Virus record (IMG/VR): IMGVR_UViG_3300001102_000006
From: a virus
Direction: 5' to 3' (one strand)
DNA: 64,000 bases
Made by a program: the position numbers and the translations under genes. This document shows, piece after piece, positions 1 through 10,354 of the stretch (within the stretch, counting starts at the first letter, position 1; each line of letters starts with the position of its first letter). The notes beneath the pieces were generated by a model that was not told the DNA's origin, did not search any database, and saw only the letters and a program-made list of their open reading frames with translations.

Positions 1-2682
1 CCGGCAGAAGAACAGCAAAAGCATTGCAAGAATGTGTGTAACGGCTGGAACGCCGTCGCCATTCATAACTTCTTCGATGATTTCATCGCGCGTCAAGCCT
101 GCAAACGGAAAGTCCGCCAACGTCTCCGAAACAATAAGCTCAATCGCCTGCGAAACTTCTTGTTCGGTTGGCTTGTCGTTGATTGCGGGGATGTCCAGTG
201 TGAGGTCCGGTGCGTAGAAAAGGCCGCTCTCGTGATATCCCGGCTCAGTGATCAGGTCTCCGTCTCGGGTAAATGCAGGGGACGTGATAAGGCCGCGTAG
301 CGGCGGATACACGGCATCTACATCGAAGAAGATTGTCTTCACGACATCATCCGGTGCTGACACGCCCCGTGTGCGCACTTGGTCGCCCATCATGGTCTGG
401 TGGTTCCATGTCGTGAACTGGTTCAACTCCGAAGCAAACTCGTCTTTCGTAAGAATGTGAATGTGCCACTTGCCTTGTGCGTTCTGACGTACCCGTGCTA
501 CCCCGTCCATGTAATGAAACAGTGACGGCTTTGCGGCGTTGTGAGCTTGGATGCGTTTTTCTGCCCATTCCACCATTTTCTTGAAGTCCCACATGTTTGT
601 CACGGGGTAACCTTCAAAATTCTCGATGTCTTCTGCGGCAGCTTCGCGTTCTTTCTGCTCACGCTCGCGTGCAACTTCCTTCCAGAGGCCGTTCACACCG
701 GCTTTGCCCAGTTCTGTAACTTCAACCAGCTTTTTGGTGATCGCCGCTTTTACAGCCGGATCGACATTGAGACGAAGCTGACGCTTCATGAATTTTTTGA
801 TGTCTTCCGCGCGCGTCCGGTCGCTAAACTTGGCAACTTCATCAACCACAGAAAATGGATCGTCCGCGTCAGCGGTCGGTTCCGGAGCTTCTTCGCTCTC
901 GTCCATCAGCAGAAATTCTTCGTCTTCTAGAACGCTTTCTGGAAACCACTCATCGGCAAGCATCTGCTGTAAAAATTCAAGTTTGTGTCGTCCTTTGCAC
1001 GTATCGTGATGACAAAAGATTGTCCAAACTTCTTGCTCGTTTGCGTGTGGATTCATCACCATGGTGGCGGTGCCGCCAGATGATGAGTGCTCGTGCTCGA
1101 AAGGACATTCAATGTGAATGGTGCCGTCGCGTTCTCCGCCTGCCGTCCGCACTTTGTCTGCTGCGTGCGCCTCAATGGCGTCTACCAACAGAAAACGTCC
1201 TTTAGCCTTCCGATGCCAATCGTTCAGTGAACGACCAGACTCTGGCATAAGGAACATTTCCCGCTCATTTCCACCTGATCCAGCAAGGAAAGGATCACCG
1301 TCTGGCTCACGCTCACGCACATATTTGGCTTTGGAATATGGCTCAATATCATCAAAGCTGAGCGGATTGCCCATAATGATGGCAGAATACCATTCCCCAT
1401 CTTTTGGGTGGCGTGGCGTGTAGAACAAACGGTTCACATCACAAGAGGCTGTATCAAAGTGTGCGTCGAGAATGTTACGACAAACACCCGCAACTTTGTC
1501 TGCCCAGATTTCTTTCCAGCCTGAAAGCGTTGGTGCGAGATCGGCAAGCTCAACCGGTTCCGCCAGCGGAATGACCACGCGGAATTTATCAATTGGCGGA
1601 GTCTTTAGGACGATCCGCATCCCGTCTTTTGTTTGCTTGCGTGCTTCAACAACTTCGACCTGAGAAATAAATTCCCGATCAAAACGCGTAGCGTGGTGCA
1701 GGCGCAGATATTCTTGGATTTGCGTTCGGTTTGGGGACTCATCGAGTTTCATCTTGCGCATGACATCATCATGCTTCAATTCAAACTCAGTTTTCCGGTG
1801 ACTGAACGTGGTGTAAACCGTCGCGAAGATTTCTTCTTCGACCAGTTTATCAAGAACGTGCTGCAAAGATGTGCCGGAGTCGATGTCGATCCCGATAGCA
1901 TACATCGTCTTGACTGCGCTGTCTTTGCGCGCGCCTTCGATGTTCTCCGATGGGACAATGGACGCCCCGTCCTTTGTCTTGCCCTCTGGGTGAACAGACA
2001 AGCCCCATTTCTCACCGTCGCCATTGATCCATTGGATCAACGACAATTCCGTACGATTCCAGTCACCGTCTCGCGTGCTGCGTCGGTTGTCGGCAGGATA
2101 CAGATCACCAGTCATAAAGACCATAGGCTGTTCGAGAAATTCTCCCAGCTTAATATCTGTATTTCCAAGAATGTCTGCGTCGTTTAGTTTCGAAGGTTCT
2201 TCCGAAGCTTCCGAAGGAGTCGTTGTTCCTCCTTCTTCATCCGCCACATCAGAAACTTCCACCGGAGTTTCCGGTACAGTTTCATCGCTTTTTTCATCTC
2301 TCATCGCCAAAAGTTCGGAGAGGAATTTGAGGTCCCCTCCTTGGTCTGCAAAAGTACGATCCGCGTCCATGGAAACGCAGGCATCCCAGTCTTGTGGAAC
2401 GTCATCAATGTGCGCAGGTTCTTCCAAAATAAAGACGCCCGCGTAGTCTTTGCCGTCACGTTGAATAAGCACATTTGCTTGATCCAGCGGCAACTGATTT
2501 GTCACAACAGCGTATGCTTTGTCGCCCACAGTGAGATCAACAAAAGCCCCCGGCAACTCTTTGTTCAGGGTGTTTTGATCAAAATTAGAAAGAAAGACCT
2601 CGATCTCTTGGTCGTCGGTAAATGCCGCAATAACCGTAACATCGTCACCAAAAACCGCGTCGAGAAAATCGTATCCGTTCAT
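1..2682 (-). CDS. Primase-like replication protein (AEP/RepB-type primase domain plus Zn finger); runs off the window start
   Basis: Long frame from ATG at 2682 (MNGYDFLDAVFG...), absent from the ORF track because it has no stop inside the window. Motifs IDIDSG, VYTTFSH, KFRVVIPL, DVNRLFYTP and HIECPFEHEH...FCHHDTC. Confidence 0.6.
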   Translation of the reverse strand, partial: MNGYDFLDAVFGDDVTVIAAFTDDQEIEVFLSNFDQNTLNKELPGAFVDLTVGDKAYAVVTNQLPLDQANVLIQRDGKDYAGVFILEEPAHIDDVPQDWDACVSMDADRTFADQGGDLKFLSELLAMRDEKSDETVPETPVEVSDVADEEGGTTTPSEASEEPSKLNDADILGNTDIKLGEFLEQPMVFMTGDLYPADNRRSTRDGDWNRTELSLIQWINGDGEKWGLSVHPEGKTKDGASIVPSENIEGARKDSAVKTMYAIGIDIDSGTSLQHVLDKLVEEEIFATVYTTFSHRKTEFELKHDDVMRKMKLDESPNRTQIQEYLRLHHATRFDREFISQVEVVEARKQTKDGMRIVLKTPPIDKFRVVIPLAEPVELADLAPTLSGWKEIWADKVAGVCRNILDAHFDTASCDVNRLFYTPRHPKDGEWYSAIIMGNPLSFDDIEPYSKAKYVREREPDGDPFLAGSGGNEREMFLMPESGRSLNDWHRKAKGRFLLVDAIEAHAADKVRTAGGERDGTIHIECPFEHEHSSSGGTATMVMNPHANEQEVWTIFCHHDTCKGRHKLEFLQQMLADEWFPESVLEDEEFLLMDESEEAPEPTADADDPFSVVDEVAKFSDRTRAEDIKKFMKRQLRLNVDPAVKAAITKKLVEVTELGKAGVNGLWKEVAREREQKEREAAAEDIENFEGYPVTNMWDFKKMVEWAEKRIQAHNAAKPSLFHYMDGVARVRQNAQGKWHIHILTKDEFASELNQFTTWNHQTMMGDQVRTRGVSAPDDVVKTIFFDVDAVYPPLRGLITSPAFTRDGDLITEPGYHESGLFYAPDLTLDIPAINDKPTEQEVSQAIELIVSETLADFPFAGLTRDEIIEEVMNGDGVPAVTHILAMLLLFFCR

Positions 2683-2906
2683 GTTCCATCCAATTTCTGT
2701 AGGCTTCCAACATACACAGGTGGTGCCCTTATTGCAAGCCCTTTAATCCTCGCGGGTCAAATCAGCTTGACGTAATTTTCGCTTGGTTTGCTGCCGTTTA
2801 CGTGCTTTTTGTGCTCGGCGCTCCTGACGATTGCGTGGCTCCGGTTCTTGTGTTTCGGCCCACATATTGTGTATGGACCGAAGCATGTCATCATCAGAGT
2901 GTGCCA

Positions 2907-4055
2907 TTAGTCGGAACGCTCGCCCCAGCCGTAGTCAACTACAACAGGGAATCGAGGCATACCATCTGGGGTTGGAGTAAAAAATCTTACTGTTGCCCAG
3001 TCCGGCGTGTTTCCGCTCTCAAAAAGCTCTTTGAGTTTTTCTTGTGTTCCGCGAACGCCTGCACCACACTCACGACCGTCCGGCAGTGCAAAGATAAAGC
3101 GCTTGACCATGCCAGCCCAGTTGCCGTTGCCTTCTTCTGTCCGAAGAACGTGGAATTCTTCGGACAAGAACTCCTTGCGTTTGAGTAGAGTTTTCGACCG
3201 CTTGTGTTCGTAACCGACATTGGGTAAGCGGATCATCTGACCTTCATAGCCTTCTTTGATCCACTCGGCGTACCACGTGTCGATCTGGTCGAAAGTTTCC
3301 GTGTACACGAAGTCCACAGTAATGACCATACTGTCTTTCCAGTCGGCCCAGCCAAATTCTTCGCCAAGCTTTCCAAGAATACACTGACGTTCGTAGGCGG
3401 TGGCTTCGTCCACGATGTCATAAACGTGATATTGAATCAGTCGTGCAGCTTTTTCAACATCTTCGGGTTTTGGTTTTGCTTTCCGGACCACAGATGTGAT
3501 CGTGTTGAAATCTTCGCGCAGTTCGTGATTGTAAAGCTCACCGTCGAGGATCAAATCGGGGTACAGATCGAATGCAGGACGCAGGGCATCAAAGATGTGG
3601 TCGCACGAAATGATCGGCTTGCCGGTGCGTGTCCAAAGGCCATCTGCGCGGGCAATGCAGCGAATGCCGTCAAGCTTAGGCTGCAAAACAACACCATCGC
3701 TGACGGAAACTTTTGTCTTTACCTTTTCCCAATCAGTCGCCAACATGGGCTTTGTGAAAGGAACATTGTCGATCTCGTTGATGTCCTCAAAACATCCTCG
3801 ATCTTTCTTTCGAACGTATAGTGCGGCAATTTCTGCGCGCGCTTGTTCTTCGGCGGTCGTGGCGTTGGCGCGACCGACATTCTTGGGTTCACAAAACGAC
3901 CAGCCGGATTCGACTTTCTTGCCATCTGTGATGCCAGACACGACTCGGTGCGCAAACACGTCACCGTCTTGCCCAAGCTGCATGGACCATTGACGGACTT
4001 CTCCGCCCACGCCTCGTTTGTAAAGCGGATCGTAGCTTTCGATCACCTGCATCAC
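2907..4055 (-). CDS. lig: ATP-dependent DNA ligase
   Basis: Motif I QPKLDGIRC, ILDGELY, YHVYD, EGYEGQMIR, KRSKTLLKRK, C-terminal OB fold ending MPRFP. Confidence 0.93.
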   Translation of the reverse strand: MMQVIESYDPLYKRGVGGEVRQWSMQLGQDGDVFAHRVVSGITDGKKVESGWSFCEPKNVGRANATTAEEQARAEIAALYVRKKDRGCFEDINEIDNVPFTKPMLATDWEKVKTKVSVSDGVVLQPKLDGIRCIARADGLWTRTGKPIISCDHIFDALRPAFDLYPDLILDGELYNHELREDFNTITSVVRKAKPKPEDVEKAARLIQYHVYDIVDEATAYERQCILGKLGEEFGWADWKDSMVITVDFVYTETFDQIDTWYAEWIKEGYEGQMIRLPNVGYEHKRSKTLLKRKEFLSEEFHVLRTEEGNGNWAGMVKRFIFALPDGRECGAGVRGTQEKLKELFESGNTPDWATVRFFTPTPDGMPRFPVVVDYGWGERSD

Positions 4056-4375
4056 AGGTGATCCTTTGCCATCGTACGAAGGTCCCCGGTCAATTCGGTG
4101 ACCTTTTCGGCAACGTTGTCAGTAGCGGATTTCTTGTTCTTGGCGTAGCTCGGGTCGATCAGGCGGATCATGCCGATTAGTGACCAACCAATAGTGGCAC
4201 AAATGAAGAACAGAATTCCCCACAAAGCCGTGTATCCGAGCGCTGCAAGAAACAGCCCAAGAACGCCAATCACCAATCCCGCAATTCCAAGGAAAAATGT
4301 GGTTCCCAGAATTGCAACGATCACTGCACCCACGATCTTATGGATCAGTGCAAAAGGCTTTACGTACCACTTCAT
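4052..4375 (-). CDS. Hypothetical membrane protein
   Basis: Long hydrophobic stretch; stop/start overlap with neighbours. Confidence 0.7.
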   Translation of the reverse strand: MKWYVKPFALIHKIVGAVIVAILGTTFFLGIAGLVIGVLGLFLAALGYTALWGILFFICATIGWSLIGMIRLIDPSYAKNKKSATDNVAEKVTELTGDLRTMAKDHL

Positions 4376-4638
4376 TCGACGTTCTCCTTCCCAAGCAAGG
4401 CGTCGAGCGCCTTCATGTCGTCCGCCGTCACCAATAGTGTGGCGGTGTTATCTCTCCCAATGCCGATTGTGACAACTTTGTAGGTCGGATCAATCAGATC
4501 AATACGCTGTGGAGCCGGTTGCGGTGTGCAACCCTCAATGAGAATGTCCAAGGCTTGAAGCTGTGCCCGTTCGCGGTTTGCAGCGTCAAGTTGTTCTTTA
4601 CGGTCCCGAACTTTTTCGGCAATGGTTTGCTGTGTCAT
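4372..4638 (-). CDS. Hypothetical protein
   Basis: GGAG RBS before MTQQ; overlaps the downstream gene. Confidence 0.65.
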   Translation of the reverse strand: MTQQTIAEKVRDRKEQLDAANRERAQLQALDILIEGCTPQPAPQRIDLIDPTYKVVTIGIGRDNTATLLVTADDMKALDALLGKENVE

Positions 4639-4701
4639 TCTGTCTCCATACAATAAAAATACGGGCGGTGCAAGAGAAAACTTGCGCCGCCCGTATTTAA
4701 T

Positions 4702-6099
4702 TTAGATTGCTGCCCGTTGACGGATGGTTTCAAAGTCGTCATCCACCTTGAGTACGCCGTCCAGATAGACGGTTCGCAACTGGTCCGCAATCCCGTGACC
4801 CATATTGGTAGGGATGTCGTCAATCCGGCGCGGAACGTACTCGCCGTCGATCAGCAATACAGCCTGACGGCCTCGCTTGGACTTCTTGCCTTGGTCGGTA
4901 ATCGGGTCTTTGTAGACATCCAACCAAACGCCATCGACTTCGACCGCATTGGCCTTCATGGCGTACTTGCAAGTGTCTCGATCAACTTTTTGAAGAAGAC
5001 CGCCGCCCATGCCCATGGCAAAGTTTGAGATAGAGATTTTGCGCTCCATCGCATTCATGCACAGGCGGGTCAGCGTTTCGACAGTCATGCCGTCGCCTTG
5101 AATGACACGGACTTGATCCGGCAAAACCTTGTAGCCTTTTGAGTTCACGGTGTAGCCAAATTGCTCCATCAGGATATCGATGATGTCCAGTGGCATTGTA
5201 GTGGGATCACCACTGTCCGGACGAACGACCAGCGCCCCTTCCCGTGCCAGCACAACATCTTTGAGTTCCTTGCCCCAGTATTCGCGGGTGGCCTTGAATA
5301 CGTTGTAGCTGTCGGACACGCAGGCGACAAGTCCTGTTGGATGCTTTTCGAGCAAGTTGCGGAACATGTCAAGCTCGCCGTCACGTCCCCAAGAAGTCAC
5401 AGTGCTGTGTTCCGTTGCAGGGATCGAGAAGCCTACAGGACCATCCGCATTGTAGTAGGACATAGCCCCAATCAATGCTTCAACCGTGTCGGTGCCCATG
5501 AAGTTGACAAGGTGCCCCAGTCCGCCCAGCATGGCGGCTTCGGAACAGGTCGCGCCGCGCGCGCCAAAGTCGTGAAGCTTAAATCCAATTTCTGCATCAG
5601 GATCATCGGCTGTCATCGCCAGACCGGCATAGATCACTTTCTTTGCCTTTCGGCTCAGCGATGCAACGGTAGAAGGGTACCAAACGGCGCGCAGCATTGC
5701 GGTCTCAACATAAGAAGTCAACCACGGGAAACGTGGGTCCGTGTTCACCACCTGCACTTGCGGAATTCCCGGCTGCGTGACGGTGCCTTCGGGCAGTGCC
5801 TTGATCTCGATAGGAAGCTTGCCGTTGGGCAGGCTGGCGATCTGCATCCAACCTTCGTAGTTGAATGGCATCCCGTGTGCTTCAAACAGCTTGCTTGCCG
5901 CCTGAACATCTTCGTGCGTGACCGGCGTCATCAGGTATTCTTTGATGAATGCTTGCAGTCCGAAGAAAACGACCTCATCAAATTCGCCGCCACGCGGCTC
6001 GATGTAGGACGAAACGCGTGTCGCGCCTTCGGGGTATTGCAGGAAGTGTGAAGCTTTGTAGCTGTCGGTACGGGTGATTGGGGTAAGTAGCTTGTGCAT
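4702..6099 (-). CDS. nadV: Nicotinamide phosphoribosyltransferase (NAMPT)
   Basis: TDSYKASH, LHDFGARG, SIPATEHS, CVSDSY, VRPDSGDP, IQGDG, GMGGGLLQ motifs; start moved to MHKLL after the AGGAG RBS. Confidence 0.95.
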   Translation of the reverse strand: MHKLLTPITRTDSYKASHFLQYPEGATRVSSYIEPRGGEFDEVVFFGLQAFIKEYLMTPVTHEDVQAASKLFEAHGMPFNYEGWMQIASLPNGKLPIEIKALPEGTVTQPGIPQVQVVNTDPRFPWLTSYVETAMLRAVWYPSTVASLSRKAKKVIYAGLAMTADDPDAEIGFKLHDFGARGATCSEAAMLGGLGHLVNFMGTDTVEALIGAMSYYNADGPVGFSIPATEHSTVTSWGRDGELDMFRNLLEKHPTGLVACVSDSYNVFKATREYWGKELKDVVLAREGALVVRPDSGDPTTMPLDIIDILMEQFGYTVNSKGYKVLPDQVRVIQGDGMTVETLTRLCMNAMERKISISNFAMGMGGGLLQKVDRDTCKYAMKANAVEVDGVWLDVYKDPITDQGKKSKRGRQAVLLIDGEYVPRRIDDIPTNMGHGIADQLRTVYLDGVLKVDDDFETIRQRAAI

Positions 6100-6146
6100 G
6101 AGAAAACTCCTTTCTCGGTTGTTGTCGCAGGGTCTATCCCTTTGAC

Positions 6147-7166
6147 TTAGATGCCCACCATCGTCTCGATGATGTCGTAGTGATCTTCGAACATAGCGTC
6201 CCGGCGAAGATTTGCAATGGGAACCCATTGCGCCTTTTCGGCGTCGTCCGAACCTTTGATCTTTGGCAATTCTTCTGTCTGCCGAAGCTCAAATTTGTAG
6301 GCGGTGGTAATTGTTCGCCCGCGCTGTGATCGGAAGGGGTCTTCAAAAACACGCCAAGAGCGTATGGAACCCTGCAAGACTTTATCCGGAACAGAGATGC
6401 GCGTTTCTTCGCGAAGCTCTCGAACCGCCGCTTCTCGCGAAGTTTCATATTCGTTGACGAACCCACCCGGAATAGCCCAAAGACCTTTCCCCGGCATAGC
6501 GCCACGTTTCACAAGAAGAATATGACCGGCCTGAACAACAACCGCGTCAGCGGTGAAGAAGGTGGGGGCATACGGAGCAACGGACCACTGCTTTTTGTAG
6601 TCTTGAATGAAATCGTGCTCTGCACAAACCTCTTTGTAGGCGTCCGTGTACCGCCAGTCACGCATAAACGCCTCAACTTCGACCGGTAGTCCGCGCGGCA
6701 TCCCGTTTGGATTGAAATATTCCCGGCGGATATCGGTCGCGTTCAGGTTGTCAAAATTGATGACTTCTTCGTGCTCCCACGTAGGGAAGGCTTTCAGGTA
6801 GAAGCTGGATGCATCTTTCGAATGCCCAATCAATCCAGTGCGAACTGGGTCAGGCGTGAACGGCGTGTTCGCCACGGTCATCGCACTCGACTGGACCCCG
6901 CCAATCCAGCGGTCCATGTTGTATGTGTGATCCACTTGGGGACAGAAGTGCAGACGACCTTGTTCCACCTCGTTCGGATAGACGCGGCTGATCATGTCGA
7001 TGCGTTCTTGCGTGGTAAACGGGTTTCGGGCACTGCGCGGCTGTTGGTCACTGCCTATCACAAGCGCGACTTTTCGTGCGCGTTGCAAAGCCGTATCCAC
7101 AACAAATTTGTGTCCCAAATGAAAAGGCTGGAATCGCCCAATAAAAGTCAAAACGTCATAATTCAT
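6147..7166 (-). CDS. nadM: Bifunctional NMN adenylyltransferase / ADP-ribose Nudix hydrolase (NadM-Nudix)
   Basis: IGRFQPFHLGH (HxGH), RNPFT, NATDIR and Nudix box PGGFVNEYETSREAAVRELREET. Confidence 0.95.
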   Translation of the reverse strand: MNYDVLTFIGRFQPFHLGHKFVVDTALQRARKVALVIGSDQQPRSARNPFTTQERIDMISRVYPNEVEQGRLHFCPQVDHTYNMDRWIGGVQSSAMTVANTPFTPDPVRTGLIGHSKDASSFYLKAFPTWEHEEVINFDNLNATDIRREYFNPNGMPRGLPVEVEAFMRDWRYTDAYKEVCAEHDFIQDYKKQWSVAPYAPTFFTADAVVVQAGHILLVKRGAMPGKGLWAIPGGFVNEYETSREAAVRELREETRISVPDKVLQGSIRSWRVFEDPFRSQRGRTITTAYKFELRQTEELPKIKGSDDAEKAQWVPIANLRRDAMFEDHYDIIETMVGI

Positions 7167-7198
7167 GTGAAAACTCCTTTCACGTTTTATGCTCTGAT

Positions 7199-7747
7199 CT
7201 ATTCAGAGACTTTGTTCTTACCTACTCTGTTTATCCAAGAAATAAACTCGGAAAAGTTCAATGTACTCTTTGCACGGTTACAAACATCGCAGCAAGGAAC
7301 CGTATTTTCCGATGTATATCCTAACTTGTTATCTTTTCTATCTATTCCATTAAACTTTATTTCCGACGACACATAACTGGAACGTGCCCGATCTCCGCAC
7401 ATACTATATTCAATGCCACAATAGTGGCAGGGGCTTTTCAACTTAGAATAAAATTCCTCATCAGAAACATCCCAGCGTAATTCTCTTGAAATTGCACCTC
7501 GTAAATATCTGTCTTTTACTCGACTTAAAACAGCCATCTCCGCGTTTTTTGATCGCCAAATTTTTTTAGACAGGCATCCACAATTCGGTGTGTGAAAGTT
7601 TTTTAAGTATTGTTTTCTTTTCTTTGTTGTTTTGCCACAACTACACTGACAAACGTACAACCATTCAGGCTTACCTTCGTATCCAACTACTGTTAGTTCG
7701 CCAATTTTAGAACCTAGTGTTATTTCAGAATGTTTCGGTGGCTGCAT
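7199..7747 (-). CDS. Free-standing HNH homing endonuclease
   Basis: CQCSCG, CHYCG, GIDRKDNKLGYTSENTVPCCDVCNRAK; visibly AT-rich relative to flanks. Confidence 0.85.
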   Translation of the reverse strand: MQPPKHSEITLGSKIGELTVVGYEGKPEWLYVCQCSCGKTTKKRKQYLKNFHTPNCGCLSKKIWRSKNAEMAVLSRVKDRYLRGAISRELRWDVSDEEFYSKLKSPCHYCGIEYSMCGDRARSSYVSSEIKFNGIDRKDNKLGYTSENTVPCCDVCNRAKSTLNFSEFISWINRVGKNKVSE

Positions 7748-7768
7748 GTATGCAATTTAACAAGAAAC

Positions 7769-8266
7769 TTACGCCATGTCAAGCGTAAAAATACTACATG
7801 GTTTACTGTTTTTTGTAACAGACACAACTTCTCCCCCTGTTCCGTCATCCAGATCAATGGCAGCACGAACGGCGTTTATGGGAGTCGCACCTGCGTGCAT
7901 AGCTCCCAAGGCAAAGCGTGCGCCGCTACCTATGGCTTCGAATTCTTTCCCCCATAGGGGTGATCCGTTACCATCCGCCGCGAAATACCAAAGCGGGCCT
8001 TTTCCATCATTTGGGGCAAGCAAAACAGTAATGCCCGAACTACCCGCGTCAAACTCCGGCGGTTCTTTGTAGAATTCATGCAAGGGTGTGTCGCCTTTAC
8101 CCAAAATCCAATCATACATAGGATGAGCAAACGGATACGCACCCGAAAAACCCATCATAAATCGATCAGTCTTGGCAAGCTTGGGGACACCGTAATTGAT
8201 GTCCCCAGACCATGAACCCATGGTGTCCGCCGCCATGACCCCATCGCGGTATGCAATTGTCGTCAT
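7769..8266 (-). CDS. HslV/proteasome-beta-like Ntn peptidase
   Basis: N-terminal MTTIAYRDGVMAAD, AIGSGARFALGAM, AAIDLDDGTGG. Confidence 0.8.
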   Translation of the reverse strand: MTTIAYRDGVMAADTMGSWSGDINYGVPKLAKTDRFMMGFSGAYPFAHPMYDWILGKGDTPLHEFYKEPPEFDAGSSGITVLLAPNDGKGPLWYFAADGNGSPLWGKEFEAIGSGARFALGAMHAGATPINAVRAAIDLDDGTGGEVVSVTKNSKPCSIFTLDMA

Positions 8267-8748
8267 GTGTTGAGCACCCGAATTTCGTTCCAGCCTTCGC
8301 CCAGCATAGGTTCTACCATGGAAGATTTCATCGATTCATCGATATGCGGTGGAATGACTTTGCCGGGACGTTGACGAAGACGCTGTTGACGCACGTCCTC
8401 ATCACACTGAACGACAATCAAAACCGTATAGTACGACGCTGGAATTTGTGTCAGAACACCCCGACGCTTTTTGCGAGTCAGGTTGGTTTGATCCCAAACA
8501 ATCGAGGTCTTGTCTTTCAACGCCTGCCGGAAAGCACTATTGACAGTGCCCGTGGCATCTTTGATCGCGTCAGGAAACGCCTCGGAATAGGTGATGCCTT
8601 TCCAGCGCGCAACGTCTTCGATCAAGTCATCCGTCGAAAGCTGGATGAAGCTAGAGGGGACAGACTGCCGAAAGGTGGACTTCCCGGAACCGGGAAGACC
8701 CATGAGCATGACAAAAATCGGGCCATTGTGTTTGATGGTATCGATCAT
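8263..8748 (-). CDS. P-loop kinase (polynucleotide kinase-like, AAA_33)
   Basis: GLPGSGKST, LSTD, VWDQTNLTRKKR; directly downstream of the RNA ligase. Confidence 0.85.
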   Translation of the reverse strand: MIDTIKHNGPIFVMLMGLPGSGKSTFRQSVPSSFIQLSTDDLIEDVARWKGITYSEAFPDAIKDATGTVNSAFRQALKDKTSIVWDQTNLTRKKRRGVLTQIPASYYTVLIVVQCDEDVRQQRLRQRPGKVIPPHIDESMKSSMVEPMLGEGWNEIRVLNT

Positions 8749-10007
8749 TCAAAGTCTCCTTTCTCTTTCCAAGCAGTCTCAAAGTTATTGAGATTTGCCG
8801 CCATAGCCACATTTTCTTTCATCTCCTGCCACTTGGTTTCAGAGACCAAGCCGCCGGTAATGACACGATCCGCCGCTTCCGAAGCGTCTGCAATTTTGCC
8901 GTCCCACATGGAGAAAACAAGAGAAGCTTCGAGACGGGTCATCGACTTGGCCCCCTGCGGGCTGATAGCAAACGACTTCTTGTCGTCGTAGCTCAGACGC
9001 GCGTCCTTGTAAAGAGCCGCAATGTCGTCCCGAAGCCGTTCAAAACACCACCAGAACCGCTTGATGTACGCTTCCACGTCCGCGCGGTCTTCCGCAGAGA
9101 CAAGAGGAAGAAGGTCGTCCACCGTGCCTTCACGAATTGCCGTCACCAGAGTCCGCTCCGTGCGGGACGCCTCTTTGACGCGGTGAAGCGTGCTATAGAT
9201 GTCCGTCTTGACCTTGGCGCGGTGACCGTTCTCCCATTGAATCACGATGCCTTCGTCCAAATCATCGCTTTCTTTGACAGCCGACAGGTAAACGGTCGGG
9301 TCGCCCTCGACAGGATCATAGGTGCGCACAGTCGGAATGCCGAACAGTTCCGCTTGGCGGTCAACTTGTTCGGGCGTCAGATACCAACCCTCACGGTTGT
9401 GTCGAATTGCCAAAAGAACCATGTCTTCGGCATATTCCGCCACAATGCGGTTGAACGGACCAACGTATTCAAACATTGGCGTCCAACCGTGTGAGATACA
9501 GAATTCTGCGAAGCCAACGTAGTCACGTTTGTCCCCGGCAACAAAGTCTTCGGCCCACATTGCCGTGTCCGTGATTCCCATCTTGGTTCCCCAGCGAATG
9601 CCCGCAGGGGTTGGCAAAGGGCGCACCATGGAGCCATCCAATTTGTCGAGGACCCAGTGACGTGCAGAGAAGTCCAGAACGCCTACGTCCATGTCTTCGC
9701 GTTCTCCCACATTGAAGAATTTGTGGAAGGGGCGAGACACAATGGCACCAGTTTCAGTGTCGAATGCAATTCCTCGGCACTCCCGGCGCACGGCGGCGCG
9801 CTGCCACTGAGACCGTGCATAAGCAATGTCCCACGGGTCATCGGATTTTGGGGCAGGAAAGGCAGGAAAAGTGTCATTGCCCATCTTGACATAGTTCACA
9901 AAGGTGTGCCCGCTGTCCTTCTCGACAACCCGGAAACAATCGGCGTCCACATGCACGCGAACATCGTCAAGGTGCTCAATGCGCGGAAATGAATAAGTGA
10001 CAGACAT
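8745..10007 (-). CDS. T4 Rnl1-like RNA ligase
   Basis: RECRGIAF, PFHKFFN, motif I DKLDGSM, TPMFEY, DEGIVI, KVK. Confidence 0.9.
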   Translation of the reverse strand: MSVTYSFPRIEHLDDVRVHVDADCFRVVEKDSGHTFVNYVKMGNDTFPAFPAPKSDDPWDIAYARSQWQRAAVRRECRGIAFDTETGAIVSRPFHKFFNVGEREDMDVGVLDFSARHWVLDKLDGSMVRPLPTPAGIRWGTKMGITDTAMWAEDFVAGDKRDYVGFAEFCISHGWTPMFEYVGPFNRIVAEYAEDMVLLAIRHNREGWYLTPEQVDRQAELFGIPTVRTYDPVEGDPTVYLSAVKESDDLDEGIVIQWENGHRAKVKTDIYSTLHRVKEASRTERTLVTAIREGTVDDLLPLVSAEDRADVEAYIKRFWWCFERLRDDIAALYKDARLSYDDKKSFAISPQGAKSMTRLEASLVFSMWDGKIADASEAADRVITGGLVSETKWQEMKENVAMAANLNNFETAWKEKGDFE

Positions 10008-10110
10008 GGGTTCCTCCTTTGTTAGTTGATTCTTGATACCTTGTTAGAACTGATTCGTCAACAAGAAAGGCCCGGAAAAACCGGGCCTTTGTTATCTTGT
10101 GCATACCGCG

Positions 10111-10353
10111 TCAGCGGTAAGGGTTGCCGTCTTTCAGCGCCTTGAGAACAGCGTTGATCTCGGCGGACATCAGACTGGAATCAATCAGGGCGTCTTGCAC
10201 CATGTCGATTGCGCCGTCGAACACGACTTCATCTTTTTGGTCGCCTTTGAGGCCGGATGCTTTGTCTTTCAGTGCCGTTGTTTGCTTGCTGATGGCATCG
10301 CCTGCGGTGTCTGCCAGTGCTGCGCCTCGGCGCAAAAGATTTCCAAGTGCCAT
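10111..10353 (-). CDS. Hypothetical protein
   Basis: AGGAG RBS, coding-like ORF. Confidence 0.6.
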   Translation of the reverse strand: MALGNLLRRGAALADTAGDAISKQTTALKDKASGLKGDQKDEVVFDGAIDMVQDALIDSSLMSAEINAVLKALKDGNPYR

Positions 10354-10354
10354 G

